A stretch of 64,000 bases of DNA from Octopus bimaculoides. Taxonomy: Eukaryota. Below the pieces are notes generated by a model. It ran no database searches, was not told the DNA's origin, and saw only the letters and a list, made by a program, of their open reading frames with translations. Positions 25,081 through 38,060 of this stretch are shown here, piece after piece. The first letter of the stretch is position 1. The number at the start of each line of letters is the position of its first letter. The stretch is taken from assembly GCF_001194135.2 (NCBI RefSeq), contig NC_068989.1, positions 9,401,560-9,465,559 of the forward strand, written 5' to 3'. The position numbers were made by a program, and so were the translations under genes.

Positions 25081-25400
25081 GACAAATAGCTGTGTGGTTA
25101 AGAGTTTTGCTTCCTAACCGTTAGTCTTGGATGCAGTCCCCGCTTTACAACACCTTGGGCAAGTGTCCTCTACTATAGCTCTAGGCTGACCAAAACCTTG
25201 AGAGTGGATTTGGTAGATGGAAACTGAAAGAAGCCCATTGCATATGTTATAAAGAAAAGTGCATATGTACACACAAACACACACACGCGCACACACTGAT
25301 GCTCACATAGATTAGACGGGAGCCTGGTGCAGCCTTCCAGCTTGCTAGCCCTGGTCAAACCATCCAGCATGGACAATGGACGCTAAATGATGATGATGAT
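25081..25400 (+). mobile_element. SINE-A head plus repeat-C tail
   Basis: Head at 25081-25245; GAGCCTGGTGCAGCC..GGACGCTAAATGATGATG at 25310-25400. Confidence 0.75.
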
Positions 25401-25432
25401 GACGATGACACATATACGTATATATACATATA

Positions 25433-25584
25433 TCAGAGTGACACTGGGGTAAAATATACGAAGCCCAATATACCGATCATGACTACCTGTCTGATAAGGA
25501 TACACCAGGCACATGCACCACAACCATATGTGCACAAACATAGTGATCTTATGTAGTAGAAATTTGTCAGAAACTATCAAATGT

Positions 25585-25653
<69 letters not shown>

Positions 25654-26023
25654 GTAATTATAATAATAATAATAATAATAACCTTGCAGGTGGGGCCCAG
25701 TTAGAATTTTCTTCAGGTTAAGTAGCCCATCCCACTCAAAAGGTCCCTTAATAAGGGTTGTTTCAGAATGTTGAACAAAACACCCATGTTTCCAAAAGTG
25801 AATTATCCAAACTCCAAAGAATTCCTCTCAACACATGGCTATGATGCTCCCCCACTACTTCTGCTCATGATCAGAGATGCACATATTGTCAGATATAAGG
25901 GACGAGCAGAATATTTGCTGTAGCCCATCTTTTATACCAAGACAAAACAATGTACATGATAACACTTCCAACCAGTTAAGATCAGGAACTATGAGAGCCA
26001 GTGCCTAGTACTGCATCAGAGCA
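25433..26023. mobile_element. Element D, a non-coding repeat abutting (TAA)n, split by an (AAT)n tract
   Basis: Colinear with 28984-29518; interrupted at about 25560-25680; ends TGCATCAGAGCA directly before (TTA)n. Confidence 0.85.
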
Positions 26024-27440
<1,417 letters not shown>

Positions 27441-27497
27441 TAATACCTTCAAGTTGTTGTATATATCATCATCATCATCATCATCATTATTATAATA

Positions 27498-27810
27498 GTG
27501 GGATTCCATGGTAAAGGAAGCCCTCTCCTTAGGTATAAGGATAAGTTGAAACAATCGCTAAAATCTCTATTGCTTAATTTAACATCTTGGGAAAGTTATT
27601 GCCTACATCGATCTGAGTGGCATAAAATGTGTCAGGATGCATCTAAACAATTTCGGTTGAAGAAACAGAACAATAAAAGAATTATATCCTGCAATCAACA
27701 AACAGATTTGTCCAATCCCAGGCAAGATCAAAATCATGAATGTCTCCACTGTGACTTCATAGCAAAATCCATTCCTGGACTCAACATTACATTCATGCAT
27801 CCATCGCAAA
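27498..27810 (+). mobile_element. RTE-clade LINE C-terminal fragment
   Basis: GSPLLRYKDKLKQSLK..SWESYCLHRSEWHKMC..CLHCDFIAKSIPGL matches RTE C-terminal G.P..RYKD.LK..WE..DR..W plus a C2H2-like end. Confidence 0.8.
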
Positions 27811-27954
27811 TAGATGCAGCTTCTTCTATTTTTTTAATCCTTCTCTATTTTTTAATCCTTTCCTTCAAATACCCCTACAGTGAAATCGACAGGAATGACC
27901 ATTATTATTATTATTATTATTATTGTTGTTGTTATTATTATTGTTATTTCTTTT

Positions 27955-28605
27955 TATCACAGGTTTTGTTGGAACTCCTGGAGTCTTGCATGCATAGCGG
28001 GCTTGCTGTCTGCAGCCTATGATACCATGCTATCCATTCTTTTCAGCTATCTAATACTTTCCTGATTATTCTGGCCGTGCCAAGGTGGCAAACTTTTTGT
28101 AACAGTTCTATTGAGCACTCTATTCCAATTTCCTTTATATTCCTCTTGGTGCCTTCTGATACTGTTCCCAAGGACCCAACAATTACTGGCACTATCTTCA
28201 CCTTCTTCATTTTCCATAGCCAGGCTATTTCATATTTAAGAGGGTTGTATTTATCTATTTTTTCACCTTCCTTCTTGACTATTCTTGGATCAAAGGGCTA
28301 TGCAACATCAACTGTATAGCACATGTGGTGCATCTTGTCAACCACCACTAGTTTTATTCTGTTATGCTCTAGCACCTGTTCTGTTTGGATTGGGAAATCC
28401 CAGAGGATTTTGCTAGTCTCTGACTCTGCCACTCTCTACAGTTTGTACTCATACCATGTCTTGCCTCACTCTAGTCACCCACTTTTTGCACAGTTTCCAA
28501 TGTAGCACTTTTACTGCTTGATGATGTCGCCACAACTTGTAGTGGTTTTGGGCAAGTCTAGGGCATTCATTTGTGATATGGACAATGGTTTCATCCACTC
28601 TATTA
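27955..28605 (-). mobile_element. R4/Dong-clade relic (CCHC plus RLE region)
   Basis: ORF 28449-28637: RVDETIVHITNECPRLAQNHYKLWRHHQAVKVLHWKLCKKW; the 3' end abuts an (ATT/GTT) tract. Confidence 0.85.
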
Positions 28606-28928
28606 CAGAATAAGGTTTGTTTAAGGATGATGAACAAAACACCTATGTTTCCAAAGGCGAGTTATCCAAACCCCAAAGAATTCCTCTCAACACATGGATA
28701 TGATGCTCCCCCACTATTTCTGCTCATGATCAGAGATGCACATATCGTCAGCCACCAAGGAACATGCTCAACTGGTTAAGGTCAAACAACTGACAAGCAA
28801 ATCTGTGGTATTAAGCAGAATATTTGCTGTAGTCCATCTTTTATATCAAGACAAAACAATGTACATGATAACACTTCCAATCATTTCAGATCAGAAGCCA
28901 TGAGAACCACTGCCTGGTATTGCATCAT
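28606..28928. mobile_element. Element D, half copy fused to the R4/Dong fragment
   Basis: GAATAAGGTTTGTTTAAGGATG..CACTGCCTGGTATTGCATCA then (ATT)n. Confidence 0.85.
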
Positions 28929-28983
28929 ATTATTATTATTACTATTGTTGTTGTTGTTGTTGTTATTATTATTATTGTTGTCA

Positions 28984-29518
28984 AATGAGAGAGCAATGCA
29001 TGCCATCAAAGTGACACTGGGGTAGAAATACAAAGCCCAATATACCCATCATGACTACCCGTCTGATAAGGGTACACCAGGCACATGTATCACAACCATA
29101 TGTGCACAACATGATGATCTCATATCAAGATAAACAGCGCGTGACCTTGCAGGTGAGGTCCAGTAAGAATTTTCTTCGTGTAGAGAAACCCATTCTGCTC
29201 AAAAGGTCCTGAATAAGGTTTGTTTAAGGATGATGAATGAAACACCCATGTTTCCAGGGGTGAATTATCCAAACCCCAAAGAATTCTTCTCAACACAAAG
29301 CTATGATGCTCCCCCACTATTTCTACTTGTGATCAGAGATGAACATATCATCGGCCACTAATGGATATGCTCAACTGGTTGAGGTCAAACAAGTGACAAG
29401 CAAATCTGTGGTATTGAACAGAATATTTGCTGTAGCCCATCTTTTATACTAAGATCAAATATATACATGATAACACTTCCAATCAGTTAAGATAGGAAGC
29501 CATGAGAACCAGCGCCTA
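28984..29518. mobile_element. Element D, apparently full length (about 535 bp), TTA repeats on both sides
   Basis: AATGAGAGAGCAATGCATGCCATCAAAGTGACACTGGGG..AGCCATGAGAACCAGCGCC; no long ORF. Confidence 0.85.
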
Positions 29519-29849
29519 ATTATTATTAGCAATAAGAAGAGAATGATGCAATTTTAAACAAAAGAGATTGGCTCCGTTTATTGAATTCAATAAATTGAAC
29601 AATATATCAGCAGATTGTCATCCTCAGGGTTACAGATGTGAAATAGAAAGAATGCAGAAATATGGTAATTCAAAATATGAATGGGAATATCCTGTGTTCC
29701 TTTGAGGTTATCAGTTTTCACTTTTTCATAATTGGTGACAAAGAAACAGAAAGAAACGGAAACAGAAAAGAGGACATTTAGACAAAATGTTTTGTGTGGA
29801 TGTGATGTACATGATAACACTCCCGGTCAGTTAAGATCAGAAGCCATGA

Positions 29850-30295
29850 CAACTACTTGACAGAATCATTAGTACACCTGGCAAAATGCCAGGTGTGCTA
29901 ATTTCGTCCATCTTCATGTTCTGAGTTCAAATTCTGTTGAGGTTGACTTTGCTGTTTGTCCTTTCAGGGTCAATAAAATAAGTACCAGTCAAGTACTGGG
30001 TTTGATGTGATTGACTTACCCCTCCTCCAAATTTGCTGGCCTTGTATCAAATTTTGAAATCATTATCATTATTATAGAAGACACTGAAGGCTGGCAGAAT
30101 CGTTAGCACACCTGGCAAAATGCTTAGCAGTATTTCATCTGTTGCTACATTCTGAGTTCAAATTCCGCTGAGGTCAACTTTGCCTCTCATCCTTTTGGGA
30201 TCAATAAATTAAGTACCAGTGAAACACCGGGGTCGATGTTATCAATTATCCCCTTGCCCCAAATTTCAGGCCTTTTACCTAGTAGAGAGGATTAT
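29850..30295 (+). mobile_element. Two tandem SINE-B copies
   Basis: CAGAATC(A/G)TTAG..TTCTGAGTTCAAATTC..GAGGT(T/C)GACTTTGC..AAGTACCAG at about 29860 and about 30095. Confidence 0.85.
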
Positions 30296-30424
30296 TGTAG
30301 AAGACATTGCATGGTATCCAACATTGTGATGTTGTAGACTGAAGGTATTGTGTGTACCAGGGGTCTGTTGGGGTTTGTATTATCTATCAAGTCACAACAA
30401 GGACCTCAGACAGACAATATTTTA

Positions 30425-30869
30425 CATTATTAATATTGCCTTTGTACAGCTTCTAATGCTGGAGATGTCTTACAGTGTCAGCTGTTCACTACCAGTGAAC
30501 TAAGGTAACACCTCTTATTTTTCGAGCAACTTCCGGAGTATTCGAGTGGTTCTAAGCAGTGCTGTTTTCTGCAAGTACTCCACTCTTATTGCAGCCCCTA
30601 TTTTTCCATGTAGTTCTCAAGATTTTTACTCACTGTTCCCAGGGCTCCGACAATTATTGGTACTACTGCTACCTTTTCCATCGACCACAACTGCTTAACC
30701 TCCCAAGCTAACCTGTCATATATCTACCAACTTTTCTTTCTTCCTTATCGCATACCTTGTTGTCAGCTGGGCATGCTAAATCTCTGATCTAGCATAGTTT
30801 GTTTTCTTTCTCAATTAAGACTGTGTCTGGCTTCCTATTCTTTAAGACTATGTCTGGCTTCCTATTCTC

Positions 30870-30870
<1 letters not shown>
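30425..30870 (-). mobile_element. R4/Dong-clade RLE fragment, 5'-truncated at (ATT)n
   Basis: Minus strand gives RKPDTVLIEKENKLC*IRDLACPADNKVCDKEERKV (PD..D endonuclease motif); 27-bp tandem duplication at 30816-30869. Confidence 0.85.
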
Positions 30871-30900
<30 letters not shown>

Positions 30901-30903
<3 letters not shown>

Positions 30904-31028
30904 AGTCAAAATTAAAAGAAAAGTGCCATTTGTCATCTAGTGAACGATATTTCGACATCTCGTGTGTCTTCAACTGGTTCAAAAAATAAATTTGTCAATC
31001 TACTTCATTTTGTTCACTAGATGACAAA

Positions 31029-31112
<84 letters not shown>

Positions 31113-31364
31113 NNNNNNNNNNNNNNNNNNNNNNNNNNNNNNNNNNNNNNNNNNNNNNNNNNNNNNGTTGAAGACACACGAGATGTCGAAATATCGTTCA
31201 CTAGATGACAAATGGCACTCTTCTTTTAATTTTGACTTTATATCTTCAGGAGGAGTTACCTCAATCCTTTCTATATTAACCAAAATGAAGTAGATTGACA
31301 AATTTATTTTTTGAACCAGTTGAAGACACACGAGATGTCGAAATATCGTTCACTAGATGACAAA

Positions 31365-31365
<1 letters not shown>
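30901..31365. repeat. 152-bp unit present as a direct tandem (31167, 31319) and as an inverted copy (30901-31012)
   Basis: GTTGAAGACACACGAGATGTCGAAATATCGTTCACTAGATGACAAAT at 31167 and 31319; its reverse complement lies within 30927-30974. Confidence 0.85.
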
Positions 31366-31448
<83 letters not shown>

Positions 31449-31473
31449 CATTATTATTTTCCTTATTGAATGA

Positions 31474-31995
31474 AATGGATTTGAGTGGATAAGATCTACT
31501 CAAAAACAGCTTAGAGTTGGATTGTATCAAACCATTTATGACCGTATATTCTCTGAAATGTTAAATATTGATAAAAGAATTATCATATTTACAAACCCTT
31601 GTACAACACTCAAAAACGGATGGAGGCTTCATGGCAGTTGTATGAAATTCAAGAAAAACTTACATTCACGTGTAAGTAGAAATACAAAGTAATTGCAGAA
31701 GAACCATAACCAGAGCAAACAGCATCTGATGGATCAGATCTTACAAACAGCATCAATGATACAAAGCTTTAAGATATATTGATGTATTGATGTGTTGATG
31801 TATTGATGTGTTGATGTATTGATGTATTGATGTATTGATGTATTGATGTATTGATGTATTGAAAATGGACATTTTAGAAAAATGCCAAGGCATTTATAGA
31901 CTATAAAATTTTAGAAATGTAGCCTCCTCCATTGTAATAAAGTAAAAAAAAAGGATAATTTAAGTTAAATCTAGAAGAATATGATAGATTTGTAA
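31474..31995 (+). mobile_element. Helitron Rep-domain relic
   Basis: WIRSTQKQLRVGLY..DKRII, MAVV*, TFTC, PEQTASDGSDL and IKF*KCSLLHC, corresponding to IR.NQK.LR, DAMA.V, ITFTCNP, PGQ...DRPD and IEFQKRGLPH.H. Confidence 0.8.
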
Positions 31996-32330
31996 CAGGT
32001 TAGTGCAAAGGTAATGGCCAATTTTAAGGTCTCTATTAAGATAATATTTGTTCGTTAACCTAGTTTCCGTTGTTTTCTAGAACTTCATTCCATCTGTCAA
32101 TAAGCTTATAAATGCCACTCTTGTAAAATTGTTTAGTTTTTGGTGCGAAATATGAATCCAATTCATTTTCAATCTCTTCTCTTGATCTCAACTGAAGACC
32201 ATTGAAATGGTTCTGTAGTCCCTGAAACAAGTGATAATCAGAAGGAGCAAAGTCTGTAGAATATGGAGGATGAAGCAATATTTCCCAACCAAAATCTTTC
32301 AAGAGATCTTTGGTCAGTCGAGCTGTGTAA
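31996..32330 (-). mobile_element. Mariner 3' fragment with TIR
   Basis: ORF 32060-32302: WEILLHPPYSTDFAPSDYHLF..GIYKLIDRWNEVLENNG; TIR CAGGTTAGTGCAAAGGTAATGGCC resembles the Hsmar1-type TTAGGTTGGTGCAAAAGTAATTGC. Confidence 0.9.
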
Positions 32331-32334
32331 GGGC

Positions 32335-32525
32335 AAGCATTCAGTTCTATATTTAAGAGATGAGGAATTATTTACATTATTTACATTATTTACATTTGAC
32401 AGATATTTGTCCTCACCTTGTTTGTTTTCAACACAACATTTCAGCTGATATACTCTCCAGCCTTCATCAGGTGTCTTGGGGAAATTTCGAACCTGGGTTC
32501 TCATTCCTAATTTATTTTTCAATGT
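32335..32525 (-). mobile_element. Penelope-like pLTR fragment
   Basis: TTCAGTTCTATATTTAAGAGATGAGGAATTATTTACATT..GGATATTTGTCC family (also at 35103-35208 and 53440-53505), carrying a hammerhead motif as established for PLE pLTRs. Confidence 0.65.
32430..32475 (-). ncRNA. Minimal type I hammerhead motif, variant or degenerate
   Basis: GACAC CUGAUGA A GGCUG[gagaguauau]CAGCU GAA AUGU U GUGUU: stems I and II pair; extra A after the core; position 17 is U. Confidence 0.6.
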
Positions 32526-32533
32526 TATTATTG

Positions 32534-32572
<39 letters not shown>

Positions 32573-32725
32573 GTCATTGTATTCATCACTACTACCTACC
32601 ACCGTGACCACAACCACCACCATCATCATCGTCATTGTTATCATCATTACCACCAACCACCACAACCAAGTATGAATGTCTCTGTCTGTCTGTGTGTATT
32701 TGTGTTCATGTGTGAGCGTGTATGT

Positions 32726-32754
<29 letters not shown>

Positions 32755-32756
<2 letters not shown>

Positions 32757-32918
32757 ATGGGCTTCCACACTGTTTCTATCTACCAAACCCACTCACAAGA
32801 CATTAGTCAGCCTAGGGCTATAGTAAAAAAAAAAAACACTTGCCCAAGGCACCACACAGTGGGACTGAACCTGAAGCCATGTGATTGCAAAATGAGCTTC
32901 TTAACCACACAGCCACTC
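32755..32918 (-). mobile_element. SINE-A head
   Basis: Reverse complement of GGAGTGGCTGTGTGGTTAAGAAG..GGTTCAGTCCCACTGTGTGGTGCCTTGGGCAAGTG. Confidence 0.85.
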
Positions 32919-33309
32919 CATGAAGTGTTTTCTAGATATTACTAACGAAGGCAAGGACTTGCTTAACGACAAATTTGCATTTGTATTATTAGTGTCATTA
33001 GAGCATATAAAAAAAAAGAAACAAAATGATCAATTACAATATAGAATTTTAATGAAATGCTATTAGCTTATTATTGACATTAACAAATCAATCACATATA
33101 TCAGTATTTGTCATCAAGATTAAAATTTTAAAAATTAAATGCAAAATACTTTAAGATATTTAATGATTCATTATATTCCCAAAACAATATTTAATAATTG
33201 AAAAATCATTAATGGCTGTCTTGATGAGATTTTTGTTAATTCGAAAATATCAGGTTTGATATTAATCAGTCTTGAGTCTTTAATCATTATCCTTTAGTGC
33301 TCATTTTCT

Positions 33310-33620
33310 ACACTGGTGTGGGTTGGACAGTTTGATCAGAGCTGGCAAGCCAGAGAGCTGCACCAGGTTCCAGTTTGGTCTGGCATGGTCTCTACAGCTG
33401 GATGCCTTTCCTGGTGCCAACCATTTTACAGAGTGTACTGGGTGTTTTTAATGTGACACTGCCATGAGTGCTTTTACCTGGCACCAGGTATGGGTTGGAT
33501 GGTTTGACCAAAGATGGCAAACTGGAGAGCTGCACCAAGTTCCAGCATAATTTTGCATGGTTTCTCCAGCTTTTACGTGACCCCAGCACAAATTCATTTT
33601 ATGTGACTGGCACATGACTC
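33310..33620 (-). mobile_element. Repeat-C, diverged, with duplicated tail segment
   Basis: CTACAGCTGGATGCCTTTCCTGGTGCCAACC core; GGGTTGGA..GAGAGCTGCACCA occurs twice. Confidence 0.7.
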
Positions 33621-33677
33621 TTGTAGGCCAATCATCTTCATCAGGGGATGCAGTCCCCTTTCCTTTTACATAATTAA

Positions 33678-33970
33678 AGGTCGACTTTGCCTTTCATCCT
33701 TTAGGGGTCAATAAATTAAGTACCAGTTATGCACTAGGGTCGATGTAATCGACTTAATCCTTTTGTCTGTCTTTGTTTGTCCCCTCTATGTTTAGCCCCT
33801 TGTGGGCAATAAAGAAATAAGAAACATTAGCATGCTTAGCAGTATTATGTCTATCTTTACGTTCTGAGTTCAAATTCCACTGAGGTTGACTTTCATCCTT
33901 TTGGGGTCAATAAATTAAGTACTAGTTGCATACTGGGATTGTTCTAATCAACTGGCACCCTCCCCAAAAA
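33678..33970 (+). mobile_element. Two partial SINE-B copies
   Basis: GGTCGACTTTGCCTTTCATCCTTTAGGGGTCAATAAATTAAGTACCAG and TTCTGAGTTCAAATTCCACTGAGGTTGAC. Confidence 0.85.
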
Positions 33971-35102
33971 TTGTTAAATGCAGATTATCAGAATATGTTT
34001 TACAAATACTTTTAGATCAAGAAAATAATAGAAGCCTCTACTTACCATAATATTCTTGTAAATTAATATTTTGCTAATGAATTATTTTGCTAACAAATTA
34101 TTAGTTTTTGCTTTAATAAAGGTCAGTTTGTTTTCTTGCAATTTAAGGTAGATTTCCTTTAAATAGTTAAAACTATCAGAAAGGTAAGTAATACCTGTTT
34201 CCAAGATGCTTCATCTACAAATTAAAGAAAAATAATTGAATCATAAAGAATATAAAAACCTCATAAACCATTTCGTTTCTGAAGCCATCTAATCTCAGCA
34301 GGCATTAAAAGTTGCCCAAATTCATCTTTACTTTCATAGTAAAGTTGGCAAAATATGTGTTTATGTACTGATTTGATTACAGTTTAGGAAGTTTCCTGTA
34401 TTTAATCACTAAGCTTCTTTGCAGCTAAATAATGCTTAAGAATATCACTGTGTATAGAAAAAATTTTTTTCAATTTTTCTATTTTTTCTATCTTTTTATG
34501 GAATTGCTCTTTTTAAATCCATTATGAAGACCAATCATTGAAGGTTCTCTTTCAGTTGCATATACAATAATGTTTGTAAGAGGAATTTCTTTATTTTCGT
34601 GTATGCAACAGAAACAACATTAGACTGAAATAGCTATCAGCGTATCATACTAAATGTATATACATCATCAAAAGGCAAAATGCTGTGGTTTTTGTCTGAG
34701 AGAAAATCTCTTCATAGATATATTGTGATAATATTTGCCTCATTTATAGAATGCGGCAAACATCATCACTGTTCTCTATATATTGGAGAAGACAAATTTT
34801 GTTTAGGCATGTGGCAAGTGGATACACATCATTAACAAGGCCCCAAGAAGCCTGAAACTCGTCTGACATTCTTGTGAATCACTGCCAAGACAATGTTCAC
34901 TTTGCTCTGATATACATTGTATTTTTAACTCAATGTGTCTTGGAAGAGACTTTCTCTGATACAAAAATACATGCCATTTAATGGTACATATACATTAAGT
35001 ATGCTACACAGATGGAAATCTTTATTTTTATATCATTTTAAAATTTTTGCACAGTCATATAAGTTGTTGGATATTTTGTATCAGTTTCCAGTTGTTTAGT
35101 TT

Positions 35103-35208
35103 ATTATTTACATTATTTACACTTGACGGATATTTGTCCTCATCTTGTTTGTTTAACAACAAACAAGATGAAGACAAACATCCGTCAAATGTAAATAATG
35201 TAAATAAT
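35103..35208. repeat. Fold-back palindrome made of the PLE-type repeat
   Basis: 51-bp arms (35103-35153 and 35158-35208), 48/51 complementary, 4-nt centre TAAC. Confidence 0.92.
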
Positions 35209-35299
35209 GTACCAGTTAGAATTTTCTTCAGGTTGAATAGCTTGTCCCCCTCAGAAGGTCCCTGAACAAGGTTTATTTTAAGGATGATGAACAAAAAAC

Positions 35300-35960
35300 C
35301 CATGCTTCCTATAAGTATTGGGATACATTTTACCTGCACTTTCCATATTCTCTGTAATTCAATGGCTAGGTCCTGGTATTTTGCTATTTTTTCTATACCT
35401 CTCATATTGATTTTTTTCATTATTTGGGATTGTAAAGTCAATTATCTGGCACTTTCTATTCTCTTTGTCTACTACTACTAAATCAGGCGTTCTAGCTTCT
35501 ATCACTCTGTCAGTCTGAATGCTTGAGTCCCACAACATCTTATATTTCTTACTTTCTAGTACTTTACTTGGTTCATGTTCATACCATTTATCTGTATGTT
35601 CAAATCCTAGCTTTCTACATAGCTCCCCATGAATTACTCTCCCTAGGTTATCATGTCTTTTCTTGTTTTCTTTCTGTACCAGCATGCTACATTCACTTAC
35701 TATATGAGTGACACTTTGCTCTTTTGATTTGCATATCTTACATTGGTAATCTACTTGTTTTTTGTTTATCGTGGCTTGTATCCAATTAGTCCCTAATGCT
35801 TGATCTTGTCCTGCTGCTAACAAACTTCCAGTCTCCTTTTTCCAACTTTCCTTTCTGCAACCATAACCATGTCTCACTACTACTATTTGCAGCAACTATC
35901 TTTGGGAATGTACCATGCAATGTGTTCTCCTGCCAGTTAGATAATTTCTGTTCTTTTTTT
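35300..35960 (-). mobile_element. R4/Dong-clade relic (CCHC plus RLE)
   Basis: ORF 35359-35895: AAGQDQAL..CKICKSKEQSVTHIVSEC..RHDNLG..IHGELC..KWYEHEP..LWD..IQTD..TPDLVVVDK..IIDFTIP; (ATT)n at the 5' side. Confidence 0.92.
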
Positions 35961-36249
35961 CTGGTTTTTTAACTTCTTTATTATTATTATTATTATTATT
36001 GTTATTATTATTATTGTTGTTGTTGTTGTTGTTGACGTCATTGTTAACTGACAGAAGTTATAGATTGCCTAAAGACTGAAAGTTCTACACACTCTTGGTC
36101 CTTGAGTCAGTCTGTAACTTTTGCTGATTAATAAAAAAAATATATATAAAATCTTATTGACATTATCTGATTGCTTTGTTTTTAAGTACTTGATCACTCT
36201 CAAGGGTTTCTTTCCTTCATTTGCAAATGTTATTTTCTCAAATTAACCA

Positions 36250-37100
36250 TATAGGTAATTGTTGAGTGCATGGAATAACACCATATTGCAAATAATCATC
36301 TAAATATTGCCAGCATTTTCCTTTTGATTATTTATTTGTATGAATCAAAATCTATAGTAACTAAAAAACAAACAAAAAATGGAAAAATCAAAATGAACCA
36401 TCTTTTATTTAATTATAAGAAATCAATAGCTCTATACTAATAAAACTACACAACATGTGGAAATAGCATTTATGACTGAGTTGGACTTAAAAAGTGAAAC
36501 ATTATAGCAAGACGTTTATATATTTTGTTTTAATTTTGGTTTGTAATATTCATTCAAATCTAATATTTACCATATCAGCCATGAAGAATTTTCTGTTTGC
36601 TTGCTCTCTTTGGTAATCTTGCAGAACCTGAGAAACCAGTTGGAGCATTCAAAAAAAGAATTTTTTAGAGGATAGAGTGAATTTATGAGCAGTAACTGAG
36701 ATTATTGATACCATACAACAAAATGATATGCAAAAACTTGGTTTTATTTTATGAGAAAATGGATCAACTTAGAATAATTATTCACCCATGACAACACCCA
36801 ACATGGAACAGATAATTGATTAATTCTTCAAGAACTTCAAAGTTTTAAAGAGAATGAGCAAATAATTTTTAAAAACAACAAAGACAAATTTAATATGGGC
36901 CAACATGCAGCTACCAAGAATTAAAACATGCAATTCATTTTAGCAAACGATGTATTAATAGTGATGTGTTACAAATACCCAAGACTTTATACATTGCTGG
37001 ACCTGGAAAACCTGGGGAAATATTTCTACATAGGGTTATTCTATCATCTCTGTTAATAAAGATAGAAGCATTGTAACAGCTAATGCTTTTTTCTGTGGTT
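36250..37100 (+). mobile_element. Helitron linker plus Pif1 helicase motif I relic
   Basis: PYQP*RIFCLLALFGNLAEPEK (P.QLR.LF..IL.F..P..P) and KTLYIAGPGKPGEIFLH at 36981-37030 (FIDGPGGTGKTFLY). Confidence 0.6.
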
Positions 37101-37124
37101 GTCGTTGTTGTCATCATCATCATC

Positions 37125-37530
37125 ACTTTACATCTGCTTTCCATGCTAGCATGAGTTGGAAGATTCGACAGCTGCTGGCATGTTCAGGAGTAATACCAGG
37201 TTTTATTGTCTGTTTTGGCATGGTTTCTACAGCTGGATGCCCTTCCTAATGCCGCCAACCAATTTACAAGGTGTACCGGGTGCTCTTTATGCACTAGCAT
37301 AGCTAGGGATAGGGGGCAGTAGGAGCGCCCCCCCCCAGGCAGCACTTTCAAAGTAGCAGTCCTTTTGGGTCTGTTGTAGGCAATATGTGGTTTTTTTTGT
37401 GGGATCCTGGGGGCAGCAAATGAAAGGGCCACCCCGGATGGCACACACTCTAGCTACACTAGTGTCTTTATGTGACACCAACACCAGTACTTTTTACATG
37501 GCGCCAGTACCAACAGGGTCACCAAATACT
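37125..37530 (-). mobile_element. Repeat-C copy interrupted by a hAT MITE
   Basis: TTTCCATGCTAGCATGAGTTGG tail and CAGCTGGATGCCCTTCCTAATGCCGCCAACC core. Confidence 0.8.
37292..37464. mobile_element. 173-bp hAT-type MITE
   Basis: 15-bp TIR (CACTAGCATAGCTAG / CTAGCTACACTAGTG, 13/15) and exact 8-bp TSD TCTTTATG at 37284-37291 and 37465-37472. Confidence 0.88.
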
Positions 37531-37749
37531 TTGCAAGACAATAAACCCGCAACTAAGAGGAGGAAGGAGTATTAAGAGCATGTGAATTCATGCCAGTTGA
37601 GAGATTAAAGATATGGAGGGAGAGAGATGAGTATCTTGCTGAAGAGTGGATACCCCAGTTGGAAAAGAAAGGAGAATGAGTTAGAGAGTAGAATAAAATG
37701 AGTGACAGTGACAGAGATGATGGCAAACGAGGTACATATTTTATTACAT

Positions 37750-38060
37750 TCTGTGAAGAGCTTATTCTGTATTAATCCTTCATTCAATCCAGTTAATGGT
37801 TCTGTATAAAATATCAGAACACAGAATAAAAAGCTTTTTATAATGTTCAAGATGGTGAGTTAAGATGAGTTATCCATGTTTTATCATTTTTTTCCAAATA
37901 CAGTGGATATAACATTAAGAGATCTTATAAAAACCGCAAATCTGAGGCTTAAACATATCTTTATAATTCTTTGTTGAAGAATTTCTGAGAGATATTAACC
38001 GTAATCAAATGTTGCATCAGATGGAAGATTATTAATGCCAATTTTAATAATTTACTATTA
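37750..38060 (+). mobile_element. Helitron Pif1 helicase motif II/III relic
   Basis: DELSMFYH..VDITLRDL at 37864-37926 (DE..M..VDRTLRD) and a decayed DFRQILPV-like nucleotide stretch at about 37978-38007. Confidence 0.65.

Noticed and set aside
31510-31677. 54-codon open frame ending at a perfect GTAAGT donor (apparent exon)
   Set aside because: The sequence is Helitron Rep; the GTAAGT falls inside the decayed TFTC(N) codons.
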